A DNA stretch of 64,000 nucleotides, from the NCBI RefSeq assembly GCF_018977255.1, contig NW_024704772.1, forward strand, positions 1,550,001 to 1,614,000, read 5' to 3'. Origin of the DNA: Callorhinchus milii (Eukaryota). Position numbers and translations under genes: made by a program. Below, piece after piece: positions 1-12,300 of the stretch (position 1 is the first letter of the stretch; each line of letters starts with the position of its first letter). The notes below the pieces were generated by a model. That model made no database searches. It saw only the letters and a program-made list of their open reading frames with translations, and was not told where the DNA came from.

Positions 1-1268
1 ACAGCTGTATGTGTGTCTGTGTGTGTGTGTGTGTGTGTGGGAACGATTTTGCCGCGTACAAAAACAGCCACGTACGTCTCCAAAAAAAACACACAGGCGT
101 TTGGACCAACGAGGTGCGTAAGAAACACAAGCGTGAACTGGAAAAGTAAAAGGTAATGAATTTGTGGCTCGAACCTTAGCAACGGGACAGCTATCGTGCC
201 ACACTCTCTCTCTCGTGTCGGCTGCGCTTACTCCTGATCTACTATCTCGCCCCGTACGAGGGCACGAGAGATTACCAAACAAACTTCACGCCAGTAAACA
301 GCTGCCGGCGATGCTCAAGACTCGGGGGTTTCCTGTGGCTGCTGAGATAATTGGGAGAGATGAGTCGTTAGGAAATTTCACGCTGTTCTTCCTCAAAGAA
401 TGTAAACCTCCCCAAACTGTCAGTGCTTTGAAGTGGGGGTGGGGGTGGGTGGGGGGAGAGGTGGGAACATAATTTTTTTTCTCTCTCTCTCATTTCTGGT
501 AAGGAAATGGATTCATTATGAGATAGGCTATCGTGCTGATGCTTCCAGCTGGGGAATAAACAGTTCACACGCTCTGCAGTCAATCGCTTCGGCTGGTCCT
601 GGGGTGGGGGCAACAGAGGGAGGTGGTGATGGTGGTGGGGGGGGAGAAAGTACTTGCTTCCGACCCCCTGGTCAGTACAGTAGGCACAAGCAGGAACGCT
701 ACAAGTGAAATGGCTCCGGTCAATGGCATCCGTCCCTCCTGAGTCCAGTGGTGCAGCGGTTAGTCGAGAGGACCCGGGTTCGATTCCCTGACGGGGGCTA
801 AACCCTTCGGGCGAGGTTTGAGGGACTGGGGCTTTGTTGGCCGCGGCCGTCGGTATCCGAATGAAGCAAGAAGACGGCTGCGATAAGCGAGTCACTGAAC
901 GGGAGCCCCCTCTGGTGCACTGCGCCCCCACCCCGCAAAACGCAGTGGTTGCCCTTCAAAGAGTATATCCTACGGGAGATGTTTCGACGCGATACGGCGC
1001 TGTGTCAAAACACGTAAGGGTTGTTATCGTGACTGCGACAGCGATAGATTGGCGGTGGCTCCCATCGGGCGCCCCGTTCCGTCCCAACACATTCCCGAGC
1101 GGACTGGGAGGGTGGCCGGGGCGGTGGTGGGGGGGGGTCTGTTTCAGAGCCGGTCCGGCACAGGCACACGGAAACGAACGCAAAACTCGCGCACAAGAAA
1201 AAAAAAACCCCTTCGGCGCCAGAACCCCAACACGAACCACAATATAATCCGCTGCTTTTCCCAGAGGC

Positions 1269-1274
1269 TTTATT
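1269..1274 (-). promoter_or_regulatory. Probable PDAP1 polyadenylation signal (AATAAA), implying a ~2.4 kb 3' UTR
   Basis: TTTATT on the + strand. The region 1280-3718 lacks recognisable SINE copies, as expected for a 3' UTR. Confidence 0.5.
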
Positions 1275-2393
1275 TCGGTTTAAATTAAAAAAAAATGATC
1301 AGTAAAACCCGGCGATACACAGCACGACGTGAGAGTTGCGACTGTTTTACTGAAGATACTCTATTTTAAACACGAGTCCTTTTTTTTTCTTTCCGTTTCC
1401 CCCTAAACGTCTTCACCACCAGTCCACATGAAAAGCCCAGCAAATTCCCTCCTGTTTTAAGTTAACTGCGTGTCTCAAAGCAAAAGTACGACTGAGCAAA
1501 GAGGGTGGTCAACGGGGTAACCAGTGACCTAATGCGACGGTCGTGCTGTCTTCACCCCCCCCCCCCACCCACCCACACCGCCATTACCCTCCCCGTCTGC
1601 CCGTCTCGAATCCGACCCCGGCGGGGGGGAAACTGAGCCCGAAGCGCCCGTTCCCGCATAGCGGTCTTCACGGGAACAGGGGGCTTCAGGCAGTCGTCCT
1701 GCCTCGTCTTCGGCGGGCGGACACACAACCCGGGGGGGGGGGGGGGGGGGGGGGCGGAGACCCCGAGGCTGAGAACGTTTGCCCGGTTGCAGCTGAAACG
1801 GGGAGAAATCTCGAGACACTGTTTGGGCGGGGGCGGTCTTCACACGGCGAGAGTGGGGAGCCCGACACCAAAAGCGATCTCCCCGCCGCGCCGGTCGTTC
1901 GCATCGAGACTCAAAAACAAGCGCGGTATACAAAGCAGCTTCCGCATGCACTAAGGAGGGGCTGTTGGGAGACCACGTCACCACGAGGCAGACGGGCAGA
2001 CAAGAATGGCACTGAGCTCAGGAAGGAGAGGGCGGGGAAGGAAAGAGAGGTTTTGGCATGTCAGAATGGCTGATGGCTGGAGGACGCAGCAAAGGATGAC
2101 CCCCAGTTGGTACACCGCTCCCTATATAAAAGCCCGAGCGCACCTGTACTGTACTTGATCGGAAGCGCTTGCGCTCAGCAACATTTTGGGGGGCAGATAG
2201 ACGGACGGTCGGCAAACATCGCACGACCCACGGCTGCCTCGAAGGCAGGGAAACCCACCACGCCCGAACCGAACCGAACCAAACCTGGGGCCGATTCGTG
2301 TTTGGGCAACTCGGAGCCCGTCACACACGCTGGGGCTTAAATGAGGAGCGTAAACTCAGGGAAAATAATAAAGGTAACACACAAGATAGATCG

Positions 2394-2426
<33 letters not shown>

Positions 2427-3718
2427 GGCAGAAGCACCAAGAACACACGAACATTAAACAAGATCACCGCTCAACTGGGTTAATAAGTCTGTCGTGCCCC
2501 GGTCCGCTCGTGAAGTGCGCAAGTTCGGAAAGGATCTTAGCGGGAAGTCTGACAACACAAGGGGTTGGAAGTCGGGATGGGAAGTGGAGTGAAAATTCAG
2601 GATGTGTGTGGGGGGGGGGGGAGAGAGAGAGATGGGGGAGCGAAAATACAACTGTGGTAACTGCAATTGCAAAGTACATTTCCCACAAGTATTTTTTCCT
2701 TCGGGAAGAAGCTGATTTATGACGACTCGAGATTTAAGGTGGAATTCAAGTCAACAGTCTCTGAATGTGGAGCATTTCCTATTTATAGTTCGGTCGCACT
2801 TTTTTTTAAAACAAAAAAGCACAGCATCAAAAGAACAGGAGTCATAAACGTACTTGGCGTTTCAACATTGCCAGATTAAGTGACGGGGCGGGGGGTGGTG
2901 GTGGGGAGGGGGCGCGGGGGAAAGAGAGTTTAAATGGGGGGGGGGGGGAATGGAGGAGGAGAAGGAAAGGGAGTGGAAGAGAGGACCGTAAAACAATTAC
3001 AAGTGGATAACTGAGGCTGCCACAATTTCACCAAAACGCCCCCACCACCACCCTCCCAAACATCATCATACGCCCACAGGTACACAGACGCACGCACACA
3101 CACACCCTGACGTTAAGCCGTCAGCGCCAGGCTCCTGGCCCGCACGCAAACTCACCCAAGCGATAAAGTGTGGTCGTCGCTGCCATTCGTTGGTTACACA
3201 TACTTTGTAAAAACCGACATAAAAGAAAAGCCGGCCAAGTCCTCGCCAGGCCGACAGGGTACACCCAGAGCTCAGCACGCGGGAGCGGGAGAAAGACAAC
3301 AGCGCTCGGTAGACAAGTCTCGTTAAACCTTTCGAACCCGCAAGCTGCTGTTAAAACCCACACCCCCCCCCCCCCACCGCCCCCGACAAAAGTAAGCAAC
3401 ACTCTCTTTTAAAAACTATCCCAAAATCTTCCGTCTTCACTCACAAGAAGGCTGTGGGAGTGCTTCTAAAAGCCCCCGGCGGAATTACAGAAAAACACCA
3501 TTGGTGAAGGGTATCAGACGAGTATATTTGCACAAGTCAAACAACGTGGGGCCCGACCCCTCTGGCTGTGATGGCACTGGGCGCGAGTGTGACAAGTGTG
3601 GCAGGTTGTGCGTGCGGCGAACACGAGGGGAGGAGGGTGGTTTCTGCGGGGGCGAGTGGTCTGGCTGTCCTCGTCTCCTTCTGTGGTGCAAGATGAAACG
3701 GCAGCGAGGAACGTTTTG

Positions 3719-6700
3719 CTAGGACTTTGACTCTTTCGCTGTGTGGGCCCCGGGGCAATGGAGGACAGAAAGGAAGGAAAAAAAGAGTCAATTCATTGAG
3801 CGCCAGAGCTTCAGTCCGTGAAGTTTTTTTTTCTTCTAAAAAAAAATATGTATAAACTTTCATTTCTATTCCGCTCGTCGCTGAATACTCAAAGGTGGCT
3901 CGGAAGAACGCGGTGTCGGACATCCACGCCAATCACACACACGCAGAGAGTTTGGGGAGGGGGGACAACAACAACAAATTACGTTTACAAAGTGCCTTTC
4001 GCGTAATTTCATCCAGGCCCTCAGCAGGACCACCCATGCCCTAGACAAACCTGGGGCGACGACGGGGGGGGGAACGCCACCCGGGAGGGCCGGTCCTCAC
4101 TAACCGCAGGCACCTCCAGGGCGCCGGGCAAAACCACTGACCTTTCTTCTCATTCTCCCGCTTCTTGGCTGCGTCCTCGCGCTGTTTGCGGATGATGGCC
4201 AGCCGGGCCAGGTCCGCGCGGGCCTGGTCGGTCTTGCCCTCGAGGTGGAGTTTCATGTACCTCTCCCGCGCCTGCTGTTTCTCGATCTCTTCCCTGGGGG
4301 GGATTGGGGCGGGAGAGGAGGCAGAGAGAGAGAGAGAGAGTGGGGGGTGGAGGAGAGAAAGAGAGAGAGAGAAATAAAAAGGACAAAAATGAACAAAAAA
4401 GGATAAATAAACTACATTTAACTACTCTTCCTGTTACCACTGAACTTCCGGTCGTCTCACGTCAACTCATAAATGTTGGTCCCACCTGCCTTGTGATTCC
4501 AGGGGCAGCCCGCTCCCAACCCCCCCCACTCCCCACCCTCAATCAGTCATCCACGTTTCAGTTGTTGGTACCTTTCCCGCCTGGAGAGCTCCCGCTGAGG
4601 AGAATTCAGGTCCAGGTTATTGACTTTCTTGTTTTTCTGCGTTACTCGGTTGGGGTTCTCGATCTCGATCAGGCCTTCAACTCCCTTCTTCTTATGCTGC
4701 AAGCGCAAGGAGCGGCAAAGAAATCAGGAGTTGGGACTCGAAACAATATAGTTTGACAAATACAGCAATGCAATACAATTGTGCAGACACAATATCGGAA
4801 AGGATGTCAAAGACAGTTCAGAGTTTGCGTACCGGTGTACGCCTGTGCCGCTGTCTGCCATGCATGTCATGTCGGAGGAGGAGGAGGTAGGAGGGTGACC
4901 CAAGGCACGGTCGAGGAGGAGGGTCTGTGCGATGGGAGTTTGAAACAGCGGGGGCAGAGAGGCGGATGGTGGGATGTGGAGTACGCGAGAGTCTCCGGAG
5001 TGCAGGGAGCGGACAGGTTGGTATGGAACGTATCCCGAGCAGTATTAATACGGATAGGGTCACAAGCTTAATGAGAAGAGTAATAATAATCCTTGCATTT
5101 ATCACGTCTTCGAGACGTCTCAAAGCGCTTCACAGAATATACTGTAAAGTGTAGTGACTGTATATTTTGTGGCGAAACCCGGCAGCGTCCCCACAAACAG
5201 TCGTGGATTGAACGACCATATTATTATCATTTTTTTTGGGGGGGGGGGACGGGACGGGACGGGGGACTCACCTCTGAATCGTCTTCGCTACTCTCAGCAT
5301 CAGAATCACTGTCGCTCGCTCGCTCTGCTCCCTCCTTGTCCTGAGCAGAAACAAACGGAAGTCAGCTGAGTGAGGGTTTTAACAAGAATTTCTTCTCTCT
5401 CCCAAAGCTCGCAGGAGCCCTTTCATTTGTTCTCTTCTTTCCTCCCCGCCTCCACCACCATCAAGCTGCCTCAAATACTTTACCTTTTCCTTCTCTACTT
5501 TCATCTGTGCCTCGATCTCCTCGGGGTTTGTGAACTGCTTCGCTCGCCCCTTGTGCCCTCGCTTACCTGCAAGACGCAAAGCAATGGAGGAGGCCGACAA
5601 AATTTCACATCGATAAAACAGTGCGTTTCACATCAGTAGAAACAAATCGTCAAAGCACAAATTCTTGAGTGAAGCCCAGAAGGGACAACAATTTTGGCAC
5701 ACAGGCCCTGTAACTTCAAAACCACTCATTTGCAAAAGGTGTGCCAATTATCACAAGACGCTTTGACCTATACACTGGGACTGTTGAATAAATAAATAAT
5801 ACCGATCCTTGCATTTGATGTAGAGCCTTATCACGTCTTTGAGTGTTTCACAGGATATACTGTAACGCGAAACGACTGTGTGAGTTTGGGCGTTTACCAT
5901 TTTTAATTTTTTTAAAAATATATATTTATGTGAACGGATTAATACTGCTCGACTTCAGATGATGCAATCGACAGATTTTACCGGGGGGGCCAAGCTTTTA
6001 GCTTAAATTCAATTCTCTGACGCGACTGCTTGCTTTAATGAGAAGTTTTTAATTAAAAAAGCCAAGCCTGCCAAATCATGACCCAATTGGGGGTTTGCAG
6101 TGACTAGACAGGCGGTGCCCAAACAACCCAAAATGTCTGCCTGACTTCACCAGATGGCTACTTGCACAATCACAGCTGAGGACGGGGTATAGAGCTGCAA
6201 AGCTCAACTATTCCCCAGCCGTACGAGTCACAACAAATCTGGAGACTCAGCTGGCAATGTTCTTTGAAACAAATCCGCCTCGGAAGCCACCGGCTTGCAC
6301 TGTTGTAGAGTGTATTCCCCGACTCGCTTGGGCTAAAGGCTTTGGGATCGAGCTTTCGCTGTAAGCGGGGGCTGCCGTACGAGAGCAATAGTGGACCTTC
6401 GCTGCGCCGTTGAAACACAAGATGGTCACATTCCGCAGAGGGTTAAACCCATCAGAAGTAGGAACAGAAGTAGAACTCCTGCAATAAGACTTACAAACTC
6501 TGCTTGCTTCTCTGTTTCTGAAGTGCAATAAATCCCTTCAATAAATGAATGAATTAATAAAACTAATAATAATTTGGTGACTCAAATCCCTGACTATTTT
6601 GTGGGACACCACTGTGCGCAATCGGCTGCTGTGTTTCGCCCACAAAACGTACAATCAATTCACTTCACAGTATATTGCGCGAAGCGCTTTGAGACGTCGC

Positions 6701-8011
6701 GAAGACGCGATGAGGCGCTGTATCAAATGCGAGGGTTATTATTATTATGATGATGATGTGCAGCCCAGGGTTTCCGAGGAGGGTTGAAGGAAGGCTTGTG
6801 CTTGTTTTGCGTGAGAGACAACACTGCTCGCAGTAGCATTCACTGGGGCTGTCAGACGTTAACAGGACGGGGTGCCTCGGCGTCCGACTGTTCAAACGCA
6901 ACTGGGTAATGCTCTCCATAAGTCGTAACTTCCGGATTAAACGCCGCGTGAGTTCCAGAAGTCAGCGAAACTGACCGGAGATGTGCCAACAGCAGAACAC
7001 TGACAATCAATCGATCGATCAATCGATCGATCGCGTGGGTCACGGGGAAAAGGCCTGCGATTTCGAGTGGAGAGAACCGAGGTGGGAATTTTGGGGAAGG
7101 GGGGAATATTTGCTGGGATAAAAGGCCGCGGCGGGGGAGGTGGGGGGGGGGCGAGAGAATTTGCAAGAGAAAAGGCGGAGGGGGGGGGGGGGGAGAAACT
7201 TTGGGGGGGGAGGCGAGGGAGGGAATTTGAGGGGGGAGAGAATTTGAGCGGGGAGACGGGGGAGGGAATTTGAGCGGGGAGACGGGGGAGGGAATTTGAG
7301 GGGGTAGGCGAGGGGGGAGGATTTGAGGGGGGGAGGATTTGAGGGGGGAAAAAAAAGGAGAGGGAGGGTGAAATTTTGGGGGGAAAGTGAGGGAGGTCAA
7401 TTTGGGGGGAGAAAAAGCCGAGGGGGGGGGGGGCAAGAGGCGAGATGAGGGAGCAGGGAAGTTGGGGGGGGAGGGGGGAGGGGGAGAGAGGGGGAAAATG
7501 CGAGGAAGGGGGGAATTGGGGAGAATAGAAGGGGGGAAATTTGGTGGTGGTGGTGGGTGGGGGGGAAAAGAGAAGAGGGGGGGATTTCGGGGGTCTGGGG
7601 GGAGGGGGGAAGAATTGGGAGGGGAGGAGGTGAGAGAATGGGGAGGAGCCAAGTTGGGGGGGAAGGGGAGGGGGCAATAATGGGGGAGAATGTGATGCGA
7701 TGGGGGGGGGGGGGGGAGAGAATGGGGGGGGAATGAGCTGAGCAACGCCATTGGCTCTGCCCGGGCGTCAATCACCCGCGCACGTGTCCTCGCGCGCCAT
7801 TGGCCGCCCGGTCCCGTCAATCACCCCCGAGCGACGGCTTCATTGGCGGGTGGGGCGCGGGGGGGGGGGCGGGACGAGGCCTAGCCGCGCGGAGCCGCCT
7901 CAGGCCTCCCTCGAGCCGCGGCTGGGTTTGCCGATGAAGCCCCCCCCTTCCGTCCCGACGGTGACGGGAGGCGATGCGACCGACCGCCGGTAACTCACCC
8001 CCTCGCGGCAT
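3719..8011 (-). CDS. PDAP1: PDGFA-associated protein 1 (HASPP28), 6 coding exons, ~153 aa
   Basis: Exons 7999-8011, 5484-5566, 5272-5340, 4572-4696, 4142-4293 and 3719-3738. All are GT-AG with consistent phases, 462 nt in total. Translation [26 protein letters not shown]...[17 protein letters not shown]...[52 protein letters not shown]...AKESKS* matches the PDAP1 family. The last exon is the least certain. Confidence 0.93.
7080..7730. repeat. G/A-rich low-complexity tract in PDAP1 intron 1 (G-quadruplex-prone on + strand)
   Basis: Runs of G4-G13 separated by motifs such as GAATTTGA and GAGA. Confidence 0.8.
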
Positions 8012-8560
8012 CGCGTCTCGACTCCGGCTCCGGTTACCAATCCAAGCGGCCCTGGTGACTCCTCGCGCGCCCGCCCGCCGCCCGGCTTCAAGTCCAACCG
8101 CCGCTTCTCTCACAATGCGCCACCGATGTCACTGTCACTTCCCCGCCTCCACCCCGGCCTGGGCGGGACCCTCCCCCCTCCTGGGGGGACCGATTGACCA
8201 ATCGCCACGCGCTCCGGTTTGACGGACGGCCCTCCCGACCAATCCCAGCGCACGGCCCCGCGCGATGACGGCATTTGATGGACAGCTCCCCCGCCCCGCC
8301 CCCCGCCCCCGCCCCGTCCGCCCTCTCCGACCCACCCACAGGGAAGTGTTGGATTGACGGGTCGCGGAGCCAATGGGCGTTGGGAGCCGCTGGTCAGTCA
8401 GTGGTCGAGCCGACCAATGGGGGCGTAGGGGGCGGGATGCGGTGTGACGTCGGAACATGGCGTGATTGACGCGGCGGCAAGCCAATGGCCTGGGAGGCTG
8501 TGGGAACAGGGCGCGCTGATTGGTTCAACTGTAAAGAGGCGGGGACTTCTGGATTGACAA
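7740..8560 (-). promoter_or_regulatory. CpG-island promoter of PDAP1 with multiple CCAAT and GC boxes
   Basis: Very CpG-rich and spans the ATG at 8011. CCAAT/ATTGG motifs near 7750, 7799, 7842, 8037, 8198, 8239, 8370, 8414, 8482 and 8519. GC boxes (CCCCGCCCC) at ~8288-8312. Confidence 0.75.
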
Positions 8561-9307
8561 GCCACCAGCCCTTACAGTGAAGCTGAGGCCCCACGTGGTG
8601 TCCTGATGGCTCATTTGATAACTGATCAATAACTAATCGATAATTAGTAATTATCGGTGCCAATCATCATCAGCATTTGACCCGGCGCCGGATCGCGTCT
8701 GCGAGACGTCTCGAAGCGCCTCACGGGATAGATGCGCTGTGAAGTGTAGTGACTGTGCGCGTGGGGGGGGTGTGTCGTGGGCGAAACCCGGCACCCAATT
8801 GCGCCCCCCGACCCCCCCCACACAAACCTCCGTGTGACGAGCGACCAAATTATTATTATTATTATTTAACGGGTGGGGGTGGGGGGAGAGACGGGGAGGT
8901 TGGGAATCAGGAATAACCGGGGGTTTTCCAGGGGTAATGATCCAGGAGGGGGGTGGGTGGTGGGGGTGGTGGGGGACACAAAAAAAACGTGGTCGCTCGA
9001 TCCACGGCTGTGTGTGGGGGACACAAATTATACCGTCAATATTCATTCTGCAGTGTATCCTGTGAAGCGCCTCGAAGCGCCTCGAACGACGTGATGAGGC
9101 GCTGTGTCAATCGCAAGGATTATTATTATTAGATTCTTCGATGCCTCTTCATGCGAAAAAAGCTTCCACCCTCCCTCCCTCCACCCCCCCACACGCACAT
9201 ACACACACACCCCGCACCCGCCCCCCCACAAAACAGCCATGTTACGCCATGTTAGCCACGATATAAAAACAGTATTCTTTTTCGGTTAGAAGAACAAGGA
9301 TTAGATT

Positions 9308-9313
9308 TTTATT
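9308..9313 (-). promoter_or_regulatory. Probable SH3BP1 polyadenylation signal (AATAAA)
   Basis: TTTATT on the + strand, ~440 nt downstream of the predicted stop at 9750. Confidence 0.5.
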
Positions 9314-9749
9314 GGTCGAACAAACTTTTAAAGTTACGCGCGCGTCTTCGAGTTCTCGTTCATCTCCTGATTGTCCTCGAGAAACACGAGGGGTGTGTTA
9401 ATGTGAGCCCCGGGCGCTCTCTCACGCCCGGCTCGGGGTCGTGCTCCGCCAATGTCAAGCGCTCTGGGACGCGGCCCTGCATGAGGGGCGTGCTATAAAT
9501 GCGAGCTGTTGCCGTTGTGTAAAGAAACACTTCCTGTGTGCGTGGTGTGTGTGTATTGTCCTGAACTTTTCCTCCACTTTGTATCTCAAAAGAAAGTCTC
9601 GGTCTTCCAGCCCGGATCATGCCGGTCGGGAATTTGGGGAAAAGTTTGGTGAAGAAGCCAGCGATGACCAAAGCGTCGGTCTGCCTGTCTCCTGCACCGG
9701 CCCGGCCACTGGTGGGTGTTGGGTTAGGAGGGGGACATCTTTTGCCGCG

Positions 9750-12264
9750 TTAGTCATTGCTTTCCTCTGTTGATGTGAACTCTTCCTCGTGTTCTGTAGA
9801 GGGCACAAGAGGTTAATTCGCTTCAGCAGCTCAGATGAAAGACCGCCCTTTGGCTTTGGACTATGTGGTTCGAACCACCTCATCTCATCCCTCCAGAACA
9901 TTCCTGAACACCCACCCGACAAACGCGCCCCCCCTCCCCCCAACTATCAAGGCGTCCCAGCCTCGACCGCCCTTCTAGATATTGGTAATGACCTGTAGTG
10001 TCGTGGTTAGAAGGCTCACCTCGCATGTGAGAGGACCTGGGTTTGATTCCCGGGCAGGGCAGGACCTCAGGGCAAGTTTCCTTTCTCCAAACACATGCCT
10101 AACCCTAACCCTAAGTGGCAACCTGGTAGTTGCTCGATTGGTGGATCGCTTTCCGGGGGATTAATAATCACTCAATCCACGAGTTTGGGGCAACGCTGCT
10201 GTGCGCAATTGGCTAGCGCAAAATATACAGTCAATTCACTTTACAGCGTATCCTGTGAGGCGCTTTGAGACGTCTCAACGACGTGATAAGGCGCTGCATC
10301 AAATACAAGGATTATTATTGTTATTATTGTAGGCGTGTGAAGCAGATGCCCAGAGTGTTGAACAAGCTAAAACTCTATAGCTTGCCCATTCAGAGTGCTG
10401 CTTGTTCCACTAGGACCCCTGTTAAAGCCTCATGTTACCTACCACAGAGAACGGTGGTTCCAACGGGATTGTTGCTCTTGCTGGCTGACAACAACCGGCT
10501 CCGAGGCCTGGGTTCCGGCCTCTTGTTCCAGTCGACTTTGAAGCTTTGAGGAGGCGTTGCGGCCAGGCTGACCCCATCGTCGGGCCCCGAAGTCCTTCTG
10601 TTCGGGAGCCCGGCTTCTCCTCCTCTCACCTGCTCGCCCATGCTGCCCGTGCGTTGGTACGAGGTGGGGGGCCGGGGCGGGGGCATCGACGGCACTCGGA
10701 GAGGCATAGAGGAGCCCCTGAGGTTCCGTGTCATAGGCCTGGGCTCCTCGAGACCAGAGTAGAGGCTGGCTCTGGGATTGAGAGGAGGCGGGAACGTTGG
10801 CCGTGCGGGAGTTGGTCTCCGACCTGGAACAGAAAGAGGTGTCAGCCCGGCTCTGACCCTCGGCATCAAGCCTCCCTCACTATCTGTATTGGTGACGTCT
10901 GTCCTGTAGTGTAGTGGTTAGAGCACTCACCTCGCAAGCAACAGTAAGTAGGTGGGTGTTAGTTGTTGTTGTTAGTCGATTGGCAGATCGCTTTCTGGGG
11001 CTAATAATCCCCAGAATCACAAAACACACAGTCAATAATTATAGCATATTCCGTGAAGCGCTTTGAGACATCCCATTGACATGATAAGGCGCTACATCAA
11101 ATGCAAAGATTATTACTGTTATTATTAATTGAAGTGATTTCCGTCAGTACCTTTCTTGACTGAGTGGCTGGTTACGATGATGGGAGCCTGGACGACAGAG
11201 GCTGGGGCTTGACTGGAGCTTCTCTGTAGAGGCTGATGTTGTGGCTGACCGACCTCCCTGGACGGGGCTGGTGATGAGGCAGGAGCCACTGGGAGGGTCT
11301 CACTCTGAGCCCTGGAGAGAAACAGAGAGGAGATGAGGTGGACGTCAAGAGGGAAGCAGACGTGAGTGGGCGGGGAATCAGTGGAGGGGACAGGAACGGA
11401 GAGGGCAAGAGAGCAGAGAGGGGAGAAGAGGGGGAGGAGATGGTAGGATGGGGAGTGCGGGGGGGGAATGGAGGGGAGGGATGGATGGGGAGAAGCTGGG
11501 AGAAAGGGAGTTGGAGGAGCGGAGTGGGGGAGAGGCGGTTAGGGATACGAGGGGAGGAGAGGGAGTGCATAGGAGAGGGGTGTAGGGGATCGGAGAGGGG
11601 AGAAGAAGGGGGAAGATGGGGAGAGGAGAGGGGAGAACCTCCCTCCCTCTTTCCCCCCCCCCCCCCACCTCCACTCTTCTCTCCAGAAAGAAATCCCTTT
11701 AAAATCAAAGAGAAAGTCTTGAAAGAGTTGGGAGCAAGTGGTTTACTGGGTGGAGGTTTCCTTCTTCGGGCCTGGGGGGGTGGTGTTGGCGATGGTTGGG
11801 GGGACTTGTGTTGGCTCGGGAGAGGCCTTTTCCTCCTGCTCCAGGGCGGGGCTGCACTCCGAGGGTCCCGGCCCCCCAGGTACGAAAGCTCCCGAGACAT
11901 TGAAATCCAGGTCTGTGGAGAGGACCACAACAACAACAACTTACAACACGGCTTGACATTTATTATTAATAATAATAATAATCCTTACGATTGACACAGC
12001 GCCTTATCACGTCGTTGAGACGTCTCAAAGCGCTTCACAGGATACACGGTAAAGTGTAGTGACTGTGTATCTTGTGGGCGAAACTGCGCACAGTGGGGTA
12101 CCACAGACAGCCGTTAAATGAGTGATCTATTTTATCGGAGCGGGTGGGGGGGGAAAGGGGGGGTTGAGAGACACACAGAGAGAGAGAGAGATTCTTTTCG
12201 AACACCGCAAAATCTTTCCCGAATTGAAAACAGCGCCTTCATGTCCCGAGGATGTCCCGAGGCG

Positions 12265-12300
<36 letters not shown>

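Noticed and set aside
3537-3835. Alternative PDAP1 last exon from the AG at 3836-3837 ([15 protein letters not shown]...)
   Set aside because: It would add ~100 unrecognisable residues. The acceptor at 3739-3740 has a good pyrimidine tract and gives the conserved KAK start, though RNA-seq is needed to exclude the alternative.
6060-7005. Unique sequence in PDAP1 intron 1 as a possible snoRNA or poison exon
   Set aside because: No paired C/D or H/ACA boxes with terminal stems were found by eye, and no convincing donor for an exon.
6852-7820. Pro-rich 322-aa and 246-aa ORFs; likewise 17177-18171, 28521-29678 and 11172-11994
   Set aside because: Low-complexity G/C tracts in introns. Only short real exons lie inside some of them, and in other frames.
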